From Squalus acanthias (Eukaryota): DNA of 64,000 bases. The stretch spans positions 133,612,001-133,676,000 of the forward strand of contig CM059431.1 in assembly GCA_030390025.1 (NCBI GenBank). The letters run 5' to 3'. The position numbers and the translations under genes were made by a program. This document shows positions 63,158-64,000 of this stretch, one piece after another (the first letter of the stretch is position 1; each line of letters begins with the position of its first letter). The notes under the pieces are model-generated. The model saw only the letters and a list, made by a program, of their open reading frames with translations. It ran no database searches and was not told the DNA's origin.

Positions 63158-63715
63158 GGGCCAGATTTTGCTCTCAGTGGCAAGACCTTCTATGGTGGCA
63201 CTGGAACTTACTGTAAATTCGAGAGCCAAAAAGTGCAGCACCCTCAAAGGGCATCTGGGCCCTGTGTGAACAGGGCAAGCACCTGTGTATCACCTTAACC
63301 AATCAGGCTGAAGAATCGTTAATGAGCAGCGCAGAGTCTGAACCAGGAAGCGTCAGTTAGAATATTTAATTAAATGTCAAATAAGGTACAGAAAGCAAAA
63401 TAGAGAGGGGAAAAGATTTGGTTAAAGGAGAGAGCTAAAAGGTGACAGAAAGAAAAAGTAAAAAAAATACATTTTTATTTAAATTTTGTAACTTTTTAAA
63501 ATCTCCTACACTAAACAAAATCTGAAGGAATGAGACTCCATACTTGTAAAAGTGAATTTTCAGGGCTGAGTTTAGTTCGTATCTATGACGTAAGTATAGC
63601 AACATTACACCGTTCAATTTATCTGAATGAGGAGCCAGATGGCGAGATGACATTTTTGGTGGGCTTTGAGGAATGTCATATCTTCTGGATTTCTGCTTTT
63701 AACTGTGCACGTGCA
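63158..63715. mobile_element. Non-autonomous DNA element, related to 12673-12960
   Basis: Starts GGGCCAGATTTTGC; 63248-63315 matches the reverse complement of 12765-12835. Confidence 0.55.
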
Positions 63716-64000
63716 ATCGTTCCTCCTTTGTGTAGTCTCTGCCCAGCTACATCTATCATTTGTCTGATGCTTTCTGCCTCTTTAACAATTTCAGATTCTC
63801 CAGTCCCAATCGTCTACTTTTCACTATGGACATATGGTCCCTCCACACCTCCATCCATCACCTGTGGGTCGTTCAATTCTTCCTTGAACAATAATCCAAT
63901 CAGTCCCAATCCATCACCAACCTCCACCACCTGGCTGAGCTTATTCTCATCTTTAAACATCTTATTTAGAAGCCGTTAGCTTCTAGCAATTTATTAGACA

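Larger units (their letters stand above)
58550..64000 (+). pseudogene. Old Penelope copy in three pieces (58550-58664, 62883-63066, 63720-64000)
   Basis: Pieces are colinear with 187-290, 295-477 and 535-785 of the younger Penelope. Confidence 0.75.

Overview
Eukaryotic, very repeat-dense DNA; the repeat set (HE1-type V-SINE, SacSINE1-type DeuSINE, HER1-like CR1s with octamer tails) points to a cartilaginous fish (inference). Most of the window is nested transposable elements. These are many CR1 LINE copies (one with an uninterrupted 978-aa ORF2 plus a partial esterase ORF1), L2, Tx1 and Vingi fragments, and Penelope-like elements with minimal hammerhead motifs. There are also four PIF/Harbinger transposons (convergent transposase and 3-exon Myb/SANT genes), Harbinger, hAT and Tigger-like MITEs, a 1.6-kb solo LTR and a retrovirus-type RNase H relic. 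No intact host gene is evident; the only host-like sequence is a frameshifted RBM4/Lark-like first exon with a CCAAT/YY1 promoter at about 24.2-24.5 kb. The best candidate for a new system is a single-ORF CR1-group LINE (42777-45956) that starts with a tRNA-derived head and whose sense strand is almost free of Pol III terminators, together with an internally deleted SINE-like derivative. All calls are by eye; boundaries not anchored by a TSD or TIR are approximate.
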